A stretch of DNA of 64,000 bases from Chrysomallon squamiferum (GCA_012295275.1 CM022678.1:16058001-16122000); one strand, 5' to 3'; counted from the first letter of the stretch, positions 1 through 16,349 are shown. Numbers and translations are program-made. The notes: generated by a model not told the origin, from the letters alone.

Positions 1-770
1 GTCAAGTTACGCAAATCTGTTTATTGTATTGAGTAAACACTCGTCTCCACTAACGTCTAACAGTTGCATTGTTTCTGTTTCTGTGCTGTGGGTGATTTGA
101 TTGTTTTGTTAGTTCAGTGTATTGCAGTATAAAACTGACGCGTTGATACAAGAACACAAAAGGAAACAAAGCGGTATTTCATTATCATGGTTAGATGGGT
201 TTGTATAACCATGTAACTGATAAGACAAAAAAAAAAAAAAAACACACACAAAAAAAAACGTAGTCTACGTAGTCTGTTTGTAGTTTTAATTGTGTTCAAG
301 TGACGCGGAACGAAAGGTGTGTATGTTCTTAAGATTAAAAAACCAAAAAAAAAAAAAAAAACCAGATTGTAATATATTTCTTCTGTTTAAGTTAAAAATT
401 AATAAGGCTAGAAAAAATACTGTAATAATTATAAAGGAAGGTAGTTTTACATGTGTGTCATATGTGTTTAGGGAGAGAGAGAGATAGGGAGAGGGGGAGA
501 GAGAGAGCGGGAGGGGAGAGTTGGAGGGAGAGAGATGGAGACGGGAGGGGGAGGAGGAGAATGAGAGAGGGGGGAAGAGGGATAGACTGTTTCTCTGCGT
601 GTGTTGGCAATGATGTAAACGTTTGTATCAGTATAAGTGCATACTGTTTTTGAATGCGTATTTTATTAGATACTGAAAGTGTGAAAGAGAGAGAAAGATT
701 GAACAAATAAAAAATAAAATGAATAGAAGAAGAATGAGAAGAAAAGAAACACACACACACACATATACAC

Positions 771-803
<33 letters not shown>

Positions 804-1249
804 CACACACACACACACACACATACACACACACACACACACATACATATATATTATTTACGATGGAAGTATGTGAGATCAGTAAAAAAAAAAAACTGGA
901 AAGTTATATATTTATTTATTAAGAAATTTTTTTTTTTTCTTTTCGTAAATATTAACTAAATATATTTACAACAGAAAAGTAATACAAGAATTCGTGCTAC
1001 ATCCTAACGATAAAACGTATCCATTAAGCTTTGCGTCTTAGAATCTAAGGGAAACAACTCTTCAGAAAAGAATGGACTGAACTAGACCAGAGTTATGTAC
1101 CTTTGAAATTACTTTTTTGTTTTCTCTCCGATGATAATGTGCCTCAGGATCAGTTTGAAAAACATCAACAGATATTCTTACGTGTCTGTCTTAAGAGGCA
1201 TATGAAGATGCACGAGTTCTAATATATCTATATGTATATGTGTATATAT

Positions 1250-1281
<32 letters not shown>

Positions 1282-1286
1282 GTGTA

Positions 1287-1356
<70 letters not shown>

Positions 1357-1477
1357 GAAGAAAAGAAAAGAAAAGAGAGCTTGTCATAGTGCAGTTTTCC
1401 TGTTTTAGTGTTTTTATTATTCTTATTTCAAATGACGTTTTCAGTATAATTGTAACTTAAAAATAAGTCATTAAATA

Positions 1478-1618
<141 letters not shown>

Positions 1619-3534
1619 CATACATACATATATATACATATATATGTATATACATACATACATACATACATATACATATATATATACACATACATACATA
1701 CATGTATATACATATATATTTTATTTATTTGATGTTTGTTTATCCAGTGTGTTAGCGTTATATAAACATAAAAAAGTTTATAATACTAAAGAGAAAGAGA
1801 ACAAAAAAGAGAGAGAAAATAAATAAAGAAAAAAGTGGCAAAATAATAAAAAGTAAGAAAAGAAAGAAAAAAGGAAAAAACAAACTAAATATTAAAAAAA
1901 AAAAACATGGACCCTGGTGTGAAAATCTGTGAATTTACATAATTACAACATTCCATTTAAAACTAGTACAACCAACCCCACGTGGCTGTTTTATTAACCT
2001 GTTCTAAGACTAACGGTTATACAACGTTAATGTCCAGGGTCTGCATACTTTGTTTTATTATTTCAAAGCGTCAGAAACAAATGCACGTTTCAGTCATGTA
2101 CACCAGGGGGAAAAAATGGCTGCGTTAAAATATTTTGTACTATACCGCTATAAGCACCAGCCCATAGACCGGCTAAAAACGAAGAAGAAGAAGAAGAAGA
2201 AGAAGAAGAAGAAAGTATTTTAATAAACCATTGATAGGAAATGGAAATAGTTTAATGCTACCAGTATGGAAGATTGAATTAGGAACCATTAAAGCAAAAA
2301 CAAAACAAAAAACACGCACGCACGCACACACACACACACACTCACACTCTCTCTCTCTCACACAAACACACACAAACAGAACCAACTAAATAAACTATGT
2401 GCACTGAATCCCATTTCTTTGCTTCGCCTTTGTTAGACAAGCAAGGCCGTAAAACCAGTCTAAAAGTATCTTATGTCTAAATCTTGGGTAACCGTGGCAA
2501 TGGAGCAGACGAAAACGAGGTTAATACTTTTTCTGTCGACAAAAACACAGTGCAGATCAGTTATAATATTAGCGAAATAATCAATCAATCGATACAAAAG
2601 CCAATCAAAAGATCATAACAACGGCCGATCAAATTATATGCTGCCAAAATAGCCTTCCGGCTTTGCTGAATTTTTTACTGCAGTTTGTAAACATGCGTAA
2701 AGCGCTTTCGCTGTTTAGATTATTTGTCTGAAGGTCGTACTGAGAATATTATTGAACTTGCTAACGTATGCAAACATCTTCTGATAACCGAGACTATTCA
2801 GAAAATTGCGGGCGTGTTTGGGTAAATCTTAGAACACTTTCGACCACAAAGTTATTCAAATATGCTGGTAACGGAGGGGTGGGGGGATATCTGATCTCCT
2901 CAGAAGGTCAAAAGGAAATCCGAAAGTTCACTTCAGTCTCTTCTTTTCATAATCATTTTCAATAGTTTGTCTTTCGCAATACATGTGATGAATTAGCAAT
3001 ATACTTTTTGTTTATTTTTGAAATCTAAGGGACGTAACTCGGTACGATTTCATGTAGATACCATTAATCAAAAGCTACGTTCTATATCGTATGTAGACAA
3101 ATTTATTTATAATTTGTATCATTTATTTTGTTATATTTATTTCTTTATTTCTTTATTTATTTTTATATACCAGAACGCTAACTGGTTCTTCTAATGTGTA
3201 ATTACAGAAAGTTTGACAAGCTAACATTCGTTCATTTTATGATCATGCTTTCTCGTTGTTTGTCTGTAGATTCTGAAGCACTTTGCCAAAATCAGTTAGA
3301 GAACTGCCAACTGTCAGCGGTTTTAAATCAAGACTTAAAACTCATTTCTTTTTTCTTTCTTTTTTTTTTTTTTTTAACTCTGCATTCAAGCAGCCTGAAG
3401 TATTCATTTTAGTTTTATTATTCAGCAGTTTCAGATATTGTTATTTTATTATTATTTAAAAAAAAATATTTTTAAGAATATTTTTGTCATTTTAGCCAGC
3501 ATTGTTAAGTGCATTTTAGCATTGTTAATGGAAA

Positions 3535-3569
<35 letters not shown>

Positions 3570-3588
3570 ATTTAATTATTATTATTTA

Positions 3589-3620
<32 letters not shown>

Positions 3621-4788
3621 CTTATTTTTTACAACTTTCGTCGTATTTGTTCCAGCGTTCATTTAATCTGAAATGATAAATCATCAGCCACCGAACAGCT
3701 GTTCTTACTGCAATAAATAATTTTAAACAAAACTCATTGAAAAAACAAACAAACAAACAAACAAATAAATAAATAAATAAATAAATAAATAAATACCCCT
3801 GCAGAGATCAAATATTGTATTCATTACATTTTTCTGTGACAAGAAAAAATCAAATTAATTAATAATGTCAATGAAAATAATGTCAAAAAAAACTGAAACC
3901 AAATTTACTTATTTTATTTGAGATATTTCAGTGTCAGCAGTCACTTAAAATTCAGTAGTTAGATTTAGTTTCAACTGTTACTCTTTATTAAACAGTTATT
4001 TATAATGTTCCGCGATACTATAATCTCTTTCTGATGTATGTATATTTATATTCCTTATTTTCCTATCTAGATAAAGTTACTTCTTTTTGCTTCATTTCAT
4101 TTTTTTTTTTTTTCTATTTCTTTTTTATTAATTTTATTTATTTGTATTCGGATATACACACATACACATACTTTTATTGATTATATATGTATCTATGAAT
4201 TTATTTATCAGTTTTTGTCTCTATCTCATAATAACGATATTATTATTACTTTCTGTTCATATGTATATTTATATATGTCTTAATATAAAATAATAATAAT
4301 ATCAATAACAACCATAGCAGCAACAGCAACACCAGCATCAAAAAACACGACAACATAACGTCGCAGACGACAACAACGACGACGACAGTAGCAGCAACAA
4401 CCACCTCAACACCACCACCACCACCAGCAACAACTACAAACAGTATTAATAATAATTATAATAATAATGATGATGACGATGATGATTATTTTCCTGGATG
4501 TTATTAGTAATCACGTAACTATTTCGAAAATGTTGTCGTTATATTCCTAGCAAGATTAAAAAAAGAAGAAGAAGAACAAGTCCATACTACGGTGTATTGA
4601 AAGCTATCTCTTTCACGGTATTAATAAAAGATGAAGACGACATTTGAAATGGTATGACGTCAGCGGAGATTAACACAAAGACAAAATGGCGGACAGTATG
4701 TATAATTTATCGGTTTGAGCCAACAGTACGTAAAAATGATCATGATAGAAAGAACACCGCTTGAAATATTTACGAACAAAAATATAGA

Positions 4789-4841
<53 letters not shown>

Positions 4842-5037
4842 AATGAATGAATGAATTAATTGATTGATTTAATTAACTGATTTATTTTATTGCTGTATTT
4901 AATGCTGATAAACATCTCTCTTTTTCACAGCTTTTTGACTTTCTGACATCTTCTAAATTTTGTATTTCTTTATTATTATTCCTCAACACCTTTTGTATAC
5001 TCAGCATGATGAAATAATATCATGTCTCGCTATATCA

Positions 5038-5080
<43 letters not shown>

Positions 5081-7331
5081 TCCTTTCTTCGTGTCAAAAT
5101 ATATAGGCAAACAATTTTTTTGTTTACCATCGTCATATTTTCTAGTCAAGTATATATCCTTAATTTACATTTGACATTTATGACCCACACCTTTAGAATC
5201 TTTAAAAAAGAGCAAACAACAAAAACTGTTTATTTAAATGAGCTAGGTCAGTTCAGACAAACCAGAGTGGGTCAACACCAACTGGACAAGAGCTGGGTCA
5301 TTTGAAAAGGAGCAGAAATGAGTCATCACTATTTTATTTAATTTAATTTTAATTTTATTATTATTTTTTTTATTATTATTATTATTATTTTTTTTTTTTT
5401 TGAACCTTAAATTTTACTGCCATTAAATTGTTTATCACGAACTTATTTTTTTTTTCTCTCATAATTTGTCCGTCTGCAGATCTTCTTTCACAAATTCCAC
5501 GAGATCCGTGAAGTATAGTATTAATAGCAGCGCTGGCATTTTCCACAGAAGAACATTAACCCTGGTTTTATTCAACACGATCAGTTCATTATCAATTCAC
5601 TTCGGTGGTAAAACGCCACGTCATCTATCATTTTAATGCTCGCGACGTCACCAGCACGGATTTAGGCGATCAACGGAATTACCGCAACCGAGGCTACAAT
5701 AGTATCCGGTTTTGAACGAATCCCGTAAAATTTGATCTACCGTTATTAATGTGACATTGGTAAAACTGTTTTCAATAAAACGGTACAGTTACAGCAATTA
5801 TAGGCAGATTACATATTCTTTTAATGCATTAAAATTTAAAATATATATCATGGAGGCTTTTTTTTTTTCTTTTCTTTCTTTTTTGAATATAATTACTGGT
5901 GGTCGTTTTTGTCGCTTGCTGTTCATTTATTTAAGACTTATCTGTTCCTTTTTTTAATTTTTAACAACTCGAATACACATAAATAAGGGGAGTGTTTTTA
6001 TTTAATGGCCTCTGCTGTTGTGTTTGCTGCTGCTGCTGCTGCTGCTGTTGTTGATTTTGTTGTTGGCGTTGATTAGTTGTTTTTCTTCTTCTTAATGTTA
6101 GTAGTAGCAGTATTATTATTGGTATTTTTGTCGTTTTCAGAATGCAGTGAACTTATTTTTACTGACAACGTATACCATGACAACGTACACAATCTTCCAA
6201 AATTCTCATCATAATTATTTTTTAATTTATTGCATTTAAAAATATTAATACAGTGAAAGTGAGAAGTCTATAAATAAATAGTAATTTTATTTTTAAAGAA
6301 TTTTTCTTTTATGTTTTTATTTATTTAGTTATTTATTAATTAAATTATTTATTTATTATTTTTTTTAAGCTTTTAAATTATTATTTTCTTTTTAAGTTGA
6401 GCATGCATAAACAAAACAAATGAAATTAATACTTCAGTTCTTAATATTTAATTTGCAAATATTCAAATGTATTGCCGTTTTATGGGCAGTACTTAGAAAA
6501 TTATTCATGATTTCTTTTTTTAATTATTTTTCTTCTAAATTTTATTTTGAAACTTTTTATTTGTTGTCGTTATTTTTTTTTCCCAAGACCAGTTTGCGGC
6601 AGTCTTTCCGGTTGCATAGTGTGTCGGCCAAAGTCGTTAGCTCCGATCGTTCCGATATCACACGATTTACGAGCTCGTGTCACGTGACGGCTGTTATTTA
6701 GTGAAAGCCGTTTTGTCAGAACCTTGGCGACAAATCGTTCTGCTCGTGTTTACAGGTCGGAAACGGCTTGTTAGTCCTACACGTTATTGTCTCATTAGTG
6801 CAGCTATAAAACGCGCACAAACAATTTCAATAAAAGAAAATAAAACAAAACAATTAAAATAATATTGAAATAATAATGAAGCTGGCGCAGAATAGCTGTC
6901 AACGAAAGATAAATTTATTTACAGACATTCGTAAAAACGGACACAAAAACGGTTAAAGGTATATATGAATGCATACATCCACACACACGTACATACGTGC
7001 ATAAGTAAATGGATGCTTACCTCGCATGTTACGTACGTATGTATAAACAAACATATATTTATATATTCACAAGTAATCTGTCTTTACACATGCATTCACA
7101 TATTTATAGATTCACATACACAGACACGCACAGTGACATACGTACACACACATATCTATCTATCTATCTATATATATATATACACACACAAACACATACA
7201 CACAGAGACGCACACAGAGACGCGCACACATATATATACACATATATATACACACAGCACGCACACACACACACACACACACATATATATAGACATACGT
7301 GCACACTGACTGCATATACATATATACATGC

Positions 7332-7367
<36 letters not shown>

Positions 7368-7686
7368 GCATACATATATACATACATACATACATCGATA
7401 CATTCATATATATATACACACACAAAACACAAGTCAAAACTATGCCGATATCGGCAAACAGTGGACACTTTAACAGCTGTAAAACACGACACAAATGACG
7501 CTGTTTCTCATACAGCTCAGTTTTCAGTCGTCCTAGACTAAAGATTACTTCACTAAAACATGCAAAAGCTGAAATTTGAGCAGTCGTTTAAATTATGTAT
7601 GAGCAGAAATACTCACGAAAGTTCAGTCGACTGTGTTACTGCTTATTTAATTTATATAAAACAGAGAGATACATGCGTACAATATG

Positions 7687-7722
<36 letters not shown>

Positions 7723-8504
7723 TATATACACACACACATACTCAGACACACAAACATAAACATACATACACATACATATATATATATATATATATGTATA
7801 CATTATGTATACATATATACATCTATATACTCTCTCAAACACACACACACACAAACATCCACAAAACAATTTGTTTCAAATAAAATTAAAAAAACAAACA
7901 AAAAAAATGTCTGCCTTCAGTAACCATTCAATTATTTTACCCCTGCTAGCGTATCTGTTTCTCTCGGCCTGCACGCTACACCATTCAGTTACTCCTGTGT
8001 ACAGTCACCTCGCCGGCTCGTTTCAATAAACGTGAATATACCAATAAACAGCTTGTGTGCACGACTGACAAAAGACTGTTTTAGGTTTACAAGTCAAATA
8101 ACGGCAGCTCAAGCAGTCGCGACCAGCACCATTGTATTTCACCGTTGTGGATTGTAACTAATACGGGCAGTAATGACTGATATAATACAGTAATAATAAT
8201 AAGAACAGTACTGGCGACTGTGGAGATGATTACAGATCTGTGCGTTGATTGTTTGTTTGAGAGTTGTGTGTGTGTGTGTGTACAGGTTTTTGCGATTGTG
8301 CTTGATTGTGTGTCTTTTGATTGTGCTTCGAGTATGGATGTGTATATAATTACACACACACACACACACACACACAAAGACACGTATATACACACATATA
8401 TGGCTGTATTATATTTTTACAGAGTTACATAGTTACACGGATGTACATAAATAAATATTCACATTTACATGTATACAGTTCTGTGTGTTTGAGATAGAGA
8501 TAGC

Positions 8505-8619
<115 letters not shown>

Positions 8620-9130
8620 TTTATTATTTTTTAATTATTGTTATATTTATTTTATTTGACTAATACAATTCATACATTTTTTTTCTCTACCAGTGACTGC
8701 ATGTATAATTATTACATTTGATACAAAAGAGAAATAATGAAATCTAAAAAAAAACCAAGACACTAACATCCCAGATACCTTAATAATAAAAAAAATAATC
8801 CACGAAAACGAGAACATAAAGCATGTTGTGAGACCCTAGGCCGTCTAATTATGTTATTAAGACGATAATGATTTGTAATGGATGGCAATGACTAAAGAAC
8901 ATTACAGCCGTCGGTTCTGGAAGAAAACTGAGTATTTATAAAAAAAAACAGCATTTGTTCTCCATCTTCTAGAAATTAAACGTAAAAGGTTAGTGACTGC
9001 TTGAAATGGGGAAGGTTATGAATTTAAACAAAGGAAAAAACATTTATTGATGTGGATTGAAAGATGGATTTAGGAGAGAGATATAGGTAGGCCTGTATAG
9101 ATAAACAGGTATAGATAGACACATAAATAC

Positions 9131-9185
<55 letters not shown>

Positions 9186-9484
9186 TAGGTAGACAGATAG
9201 CTAGATAGATAAATATAGAGAGATAGATAAAAACAGGTAGATAGGTACACAGATTTTTGTGTGCGTGTTTATCTATCTACCTATATAGCTATCTGTTTAT
9301 ATATGTATTTATAAACAGATAGCTATGTAGACAGATAGATAAACAGAGAGATAGATATCCAGTCAGACAGACAGACAGACAGATAAGTAGACAGTGAGAC
9401 AGCCTGAGGCGGAGGTTAAAGCAGACAACAACGTCAGGTAGAAACGACGTTACCTCCAGAGTTGTTCTTTGTTATACACAAAAA

Positions 9485-9555
<71 letters not shown>

Positions 9556-11063
9556 ATACATAAATAAATAAATAAACCGTCTTAAAGCCAAAGAGAAAAA
9601 AGAAAAAGAAACGAATATTTATTTATGTGTGTAACACAAGTAGGGAAGAAAGGTCTCGCATAACAACAATAAAAACCAAATTTTCATATTTTTCACTTAA
9701 AGACGTCAACAAGAAAATTAAGGAAAAAAACAAAACAACAACATTAAATTAAAATATTAAGTGGACACCTAAAAAACATTTTTTTGTCACGCCATCTGTT
9801 TGACTTAATTTATTTTTACATTTAGTTGCCAAAATAGATCAGTGTAAAGAAATTCATTGTGTGAATATATTTAAATTTCTTGTTGACATCACTGTGACAT
9901 TAATATAAAAAAAAAATCAAAAAAAAAATCTTCTCTTTCTTTTTATTTAGTATCATGATTATCTTTGCATTAATTTTCTGTGTTGGTTTTATTTAAAAAT
10001 TTCATTTAACGCCCAGGAAAAGCGTTAATACGTGAAATGAGATCTAAACAATTTTACGAGGTTCTTCTTACTTTTTTAATAATTTGTTTAAAAAAATGTA
10101 ATGTCTTTGTTATTACATTACATATTTAGAGGTTCTCCGGGCTGTAAAACATTAAGAAAATCATCTGTCTGATTCCTTCAAAATTATTAAAATCATTTAT
10201 TTTATAATTCCTGAATTACAAACATCAAATTTCATTGCCGGCCCCTTTAAAAGTTCTAGCTTATAAAACAGTCGACGTATAAGTAACAACGTAGATCTCC
10301 CTTTAAAGATATTATTTATTACAAACTTGTATTTTGTAAATTCTTGTTTGTTATAATACTGTATCCAGTCTGTTTAAAAAAAAGCCGGTACTCATAAAAG
10401 ATATATTTTATAAATTCTGTCTTTGAAAAACAATCATAATAAAATTACGTGCAAGTCTATTCAAAAAAAAAAAAAAAAAAAAAATGCTATAACCTAGTCT
10501 CTTTTGAAATGCCGATTATTATAAAAATATATTTCATAAATTCTGTCTTTGAAAAACAATTACGATAAAATTACGTACTGGAGCACTAAAAAAAAAAAAA
10601 AAAAAAAAAAAATAAAAAATAAAAAAATGGCTGATACGTGCGTTTTGTTTCATGAGTTCGTCTTTCGACACTGAAACGTCTTTGTTTTTGTTGGTGCGCA
10701 TTATCTCGGCGGCGGAAATGACAAACAGATAACTATGAACTAATCTGACACTGTTTTTGTTCTGAGATAATATCAAACAATTTAATCAGGATTTATAATA
10801 TTTACAACGCCCCAGGTGGTCATAGCAACCATAAACAATATCTAGATAGTGTTCTGATCTTTCTTGAGTGAATAATACATATCGTACAGGATGATTAAAA
10901 ATTGTCTGACTGTATGTACAAATGATGTAAGTATCTCATTCTCTATTGAACCAGCGTCAGCATATATATATATATAGTTGACTATCTGCTTGGTTTACGT
11001 GTGTATGATTATATATATATATATATATAATACATATTTACATATGTATGTAGACGTTTATAC

Positions 11064-11156
<93 letters not shown>

Positions 11157-11623
11157 ACTGAAAATAAAGACACAGAGTTAGACAAAGAGATACAAACAGA
11201 AAGAGGGATGAAAAGAGCGAGTGAGAGATAAAAACAATAAATAGAAAAGCTGAGAGAGAGAGACATGATCTGAAACAAGAGACGGACAAAAGACAGACAA
11301 ATGTACAGACTAAAACAGCGAGACAGAAATTAGGGAACAAAGTTGGACAGTCGTCAAATCCTGACAACCATGCAGGAGATTCCCAGGGATTTTCAGAAGA
11401 CGCGGGTTAAATAAAAACATTCGAGCTGGAATGTTAAATAGATTGTGTCCATGGAGACCGGGCCTAAGTCTTTCGAGGACAAGAATATTTCAATGCCGAA
11501 GATTTAGGCCAAAGCTGATTACAGTAACTTTGTAACTGTGCGATTCTTCAAGTGAAAGGATAGAATAAGTTAAGGTTAGGAAACAAAAAATAATAATGAT
11601 AGAGAGAGAGAGAGAGAAAAAAG

Positions 11624-11692
<69 letters not shown>

Positions 11693-11736
11693 AAAAAAAC
11701 GAATAAAGAAATATTGCCCATATTTTTGAATAAAGG

Positions 11737-11790
<54 letters not shown>

Positions 11791-13149
11791 ACACACACAC
11801 TCTGCTATGAAGACACTGATGACACGTTTGATTTACAATTAAAGTTTAAACTGTTGCATACAGAGTATTTGAAAACTGATACATTCACACAAAATGATTC
11901 ACCGCGTAAATCAGTTTTAGCACAGAACAACACTGTCGTCGACAGCGCGTGCCCGCCCACCCGCACCCCCACCCCCCACACAAACACACATGTATGTATA
12001 TACATTTAAAACGCTTATTAATAAATAAATAAAAATAAATAAACGAAAATAAGAGATTTAATGAATAATAAATAAATGAAAAGGAAATGAAATGAAATGA
12101 ATTTTTTATATATATATATATATATATATAATCTTTGGAAATTTTTGAATTCGTTATACACCCTCGTGACAGACAGTGACGTAACAGCATTCGTATGGTA
12201 TTGGCTCACGTGTTTTCTTTTTAGGTTAAAGCTCGTTTGTTGTGGGCTCTTTCTCTGACAGACATCTTCATTACAGATCAGTGGTTAAATGCTGATAAGT
12301 TAATGCCTTATGTAGATATTACTGATATGTTATGAATGAAGAACACGGTTATTGACAAAATAGACAAAGGTATGTCGATAAAGGGCTAAAACAGCTTAAA
12401 AATAACAGATGCATGTCGATATGAGAAATGATTAACAATAATGTGATGACCACATCGTGAATAAAAGTCATACCAGTGACAGATGTACGTCACGAATAAA
12501 GATAACAAATGATGGTATCACGAATCAAGCTTAAATTGTGGCAAATATATGTCGATGTATATACATATAGTTATAGTTATTTATATATATATATATATAT
12601 AAAACATGAATATCAATAATTATATGTATCACAAATAAAAACTCAAATAACAAACAGGAAGGTTACAATGACAGAAATATGACGAAATCAGGAACTGTCG
12701 TGAATTAAAAATCATACAAGTAACAGATACACAGTATGGATAAAATGATTATATGCATCAATAAAAAGACTATATATATTTTGATATAAAGAGAAACACA
12801 AAAAAAAAAAAAAAAAAAAAAAAACCCACAATGCCTATAGTCGTATTTTTCACGAAAATCAGGTTGTCAATGCTGTTATTTAAATCAAGACTGTTTAAAT
12901 AGTGAAGGCCGGTTCAGACCTATTTATAACAGACAAAAATCATGCGTATAATCAGATAACGAAATAAGAGTATGTGAGTGTGTATGTATTGATAGCTGGA
13001 TAGATAGACAGACAGACGGTCAGAAAGACAGATACATAATATGTTACCGATAGACAGAAAGGTTTGTCGATATAGTCACACACATTAATTAAAGACACAC
13101 AGAAAGACAAACTGCCACGTACTGCTGTAACAGTGTGTTAGATACTCAC

Positions 13150-13472
13150 GGAAATCGCTTGAAAGATTCGATCCCGGCTGCTACGTATTTTCCGCTTGGG
13201 TCCAGATCGTCAAACGAACGTACTCTGTGTCCCCCCTGGGGGGTGTAAATGTTTCTGACGGCGCCGAACGCTGGATTCAGACGCTGGGTAATCTCGTCCA
13301 GGCACGAAATGAAGTCTTTATTCCGTCTCTGGTTGAACAGAATTTTCTTCCCAGCAAACTTGACGTCCCCGTTGATGTAGAAGACCGGCTGTATTCCCTG
13401 GACGCAGCCCCTCATGTAGCTGGGCTGGCCAGATCTCGGGGACTGCTCGTCATAAGCCGGGGACTCGTACAT
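13150..13472 (-). CDS. DCDC2: First coding exon of a doublecortin domain-containing protein (DCDC2-like), encoding the N-terminal DCX domain
   Basis: Translation MYESPAY...VFYINGDVKFAGKKILFNQRRNKDFISCLDEITQRLNPAFGAVRNIYTPQGGHRVRSFDDLDPSGKYVAAGIESFKRFP matches the DCX1 pattern of DCDC2 (NGD...G...FGAVRNIYTP..GHR...YVA.G.E.FK). It ends at a phase-2 donor CC|GTGAGT (intron starts 13149). No second DCX exon was found in 1-13149, so the intron probably runs past the left edge. Confidence 0.9.
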
Positions 13473-13546
13473 TCTGAGACTCGAACGATCTTACTGCTTT
13501 CTGTTACTAGTCAACTGGCGGCAAATTACCGTGGTGTCGTCTGCTG

Positions 13547-13579
<33 letters not shown>

Positions 13580-14200
13580 ATAGACGGAAGTACCGCTGTG
13601 ACGTCTCTACTTTATTTTAAATAAAATACCGTTTTGTCGTCTGCTTTCGTTTGACAGAATTTTTCACTTCTGCTGTAAGGCAAACAAACAACAACAACAA
13701 AGAACAACAACAAAATAAAAGTCTGTTGTTGTTCACTCGCATTAAAAAAATTCCTTTTAACTACGTCCACAAACAAATAATAACTTGAAAAAAATAAAAA
13801 TAAAAATAAAAAACCACACAGTCACCGATATCGTCTTACATCGACGCTGTTGTCAGTAACGGGTGGCATCCGGGTGGAGCTGAACACGAGCAGTAAAATT
13901 CCACAGAGAAACAACCCATCGCCATTTTGGTTAGTGCTTAACAGAAAACACAAACAACAACGAGCCTGTGAACACAACCCGAGCTAAGATATGGCCTACA
14001 TAACCCGAGTCCCCAACACAGCAGGCGTGTGTGTGTGTGTGGGTATACATACCACGTCAAGTCTCCTTACCCGCTTTATTCAGAAATGTTTCAATGGGGC
14101 GATAACGGAACGTGCGCGCGGAACACGGCGGTTGTTTGAGGACTCCAGCAGACGATCGTTAGGCTCTCTCGTCGACAGCTCACTCAGTCTGTTTATTTGC
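13473..14200 (-). other. Probable 5'UTR of the DCDC2-like gene: UTR part of the coding exon (13473-13672), a short intron (13673-14070) and an upstream non-coding exon in a CpG-rich patch
   Basis: Minus-strand acceptor ttgtttgtttgccttacag| opens an exon at 13672. A minus-strand donor cgg|gtaagg lies at 14070. The 13840-14270 region is relatively CpG-rich and has a YY1-like CAAAATGGCG near 13920-13930. The upstream limit is approximate. Confidence 0.5.
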
Positions 14201-14518
14201 CTCGTCGCCTCGATAACGGGTAGTTTGCCTGCCTCAAAGAAAAAAAAAAAAAAACATTCCTTCTAGCGGGAAAGGACTAAGAATATGTTGTTCTGGGGGG
14301 GGGGTTTGTGTGTTTTTTTTTACTCGATTTAATAACAATTGCTGTCATTTTTAAGGTTATATCGATCTTGTACTAAAAAAAACCCACCAAAAGATTAGAT
14401 TGTTTAGATGAGTGATTAGCTTGTTTAGATCAGTGATTAGATCTGCCCCTTTTCTCCGTTTGGCTTCCCTTTGCTTAATTACTGGCATATATATATATAT
14501 GTATATACAGATATATAA

Positions 14519-14551
<33 letters not shown>

Positions 14552-14954
14552 AACACATATACCTTTTATAATTATTTTTCTCATGTAAAAAAAAGGAAGA
14601 AGAAGAAAGAAATATCTTTTGAAAAATAAAAAAATGGTTTAAAAAAAATAAAAAAATAAAATAAAAAAAAAATAAAAATATGAATACTGTAGAAGATCGC
14701 TAAACACATGTCACGTGAAAACCTATTTATTTCTTGTAAAGCTACAGCTTCTTCAATAGCGATAAAAATAAATAATAAAAAATAAATAATGTTTAAAGAA
14801 ATATATATATATATATATATATATATATCTAGCGTGTTTTTGTTGCACTGAAATGGAAATTTCAACAGGTAAATATGGAACGATATTTTAGATTTCATGT
14901 TTTGTGGGGTTTTATTGTTTGTTTGTGTGTAGTTCGCGGGCTCACGTGATTCAA

Positions 14955-15240
14955 CAACAGCATATCAACAACAACATATCAACAACAGCATATCAACAAC
15001 AACATATCAACAACAAATATCAACAACAGCATAACAACAACATATCAACAACAGCATATCAACAGCATATCAACAACAACATATCAACAACAACATATCA
15101 ACAACAACATATCAACAGCATATCAACAACAACATATCAACAACATATCAACAACAACATATCAACAACAGCATATCAACAACAACATATCAACAACAAC
15201 ATATCAACAACAGCATATCAACAACAACATATCAACAACA
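14955..15240. repeat. Compound minisatellite with (CAACAACATAT/CAACAGCATAT)-type units
   Basis: Tandem units are directly visible. They produce the spurious Q/N/T-rich ORF 14904-15296. Confidence 0.9.
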
Positions 15241-15344
15241 TGCCGTACAACAATAAAATTATTTATTTTAGAGAAAACAAATCCAAATCGGCATAGATAA
15301 AAAATAAATAAACATACATATATCAGTATTTATGTGCGTATGAC

Positions 15345-15421
<77 letters not shown>

Positions 15422-16091
15422 GTTTGTATTATGTATATATATTATATGTCAATAGTCTGTATGTATGTGTGCATGTATATGTTTGTGTGTAGGTGTGCAT
15501 ATATGTGTATCAATCTACTTATATGTGTGCTCAAACGTACACATACATACACAGACACACATCGCTCTGTCTGCATTTATCTAACTCGGGCATGTTCTGC
15601 AAAGAATGATGGTTAATAACTTCAGTTATAAAAATAAGCTCAGTTATAAAGACGTAACAGATGAATCAACAATGCCAAACCACCAGTATATCTGTCTGTC
15701 AGTTTCTGTTTCTTCTTTTTATTCCTTTTTTTTTTTTTCGCTCTCTCGTCTTTCTTCTGAAATTTATTTATTTGTTTGTTTATTCAGAGATCAAATTCAC
15801 TACGAGACATGCGACAAACGATCAAAAACAATTCTGGAAGTTTCTGATCAGCGTTACAAACGATAGATTACAAAAGCCGTGACGTTAACGTACAAAAATT
15901 ACCTTCGTGTCAACCTCGATATTCCGTGACAAAGATTTAATTTTGTGATGTAAATCTGAGAATGTCTACTGAAAAGGAAAATATTGGAATTCGATGCTGC
16001 ATGTCAGACATTTTCTTCTGTAATAATAAAAAATACAAATAAATGTGGCTGCTCGTGTATTATTTTCGCATGAATACATGTCGTGATGTTA

Positions 16092-16182
<91 letters not shown>

Positions 16183-16301
16183 ATATATATTTACATACAT
16201 ACATACCTACATGCATACATACAGACATAATACAAGCTATACAAAAATTTAATACATACATATTTATATCTATATCCAAACATATATCTACGTACACACA
16301 A

Positions 16302-16349
<48 letters not shown>

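Noticed and set aside
600-700. Strong minus-strand acceptor near 673 as the next DCDC2 exon
   Set aside because: The required phase-2 frame stops immediately (T ATC TAA) and no frame resembles DCX sequence.
13227-13580. 117-aa plus-strand ORF
   Set aside because: It is the antisense shadow of the DCX exon.
14904-15296. Q/N-rich 130-aa ORF resembling a prion-like or repeat protein
   Set aside because: It is derived from a CAA/CATAT minisatellite and has a GTG start.
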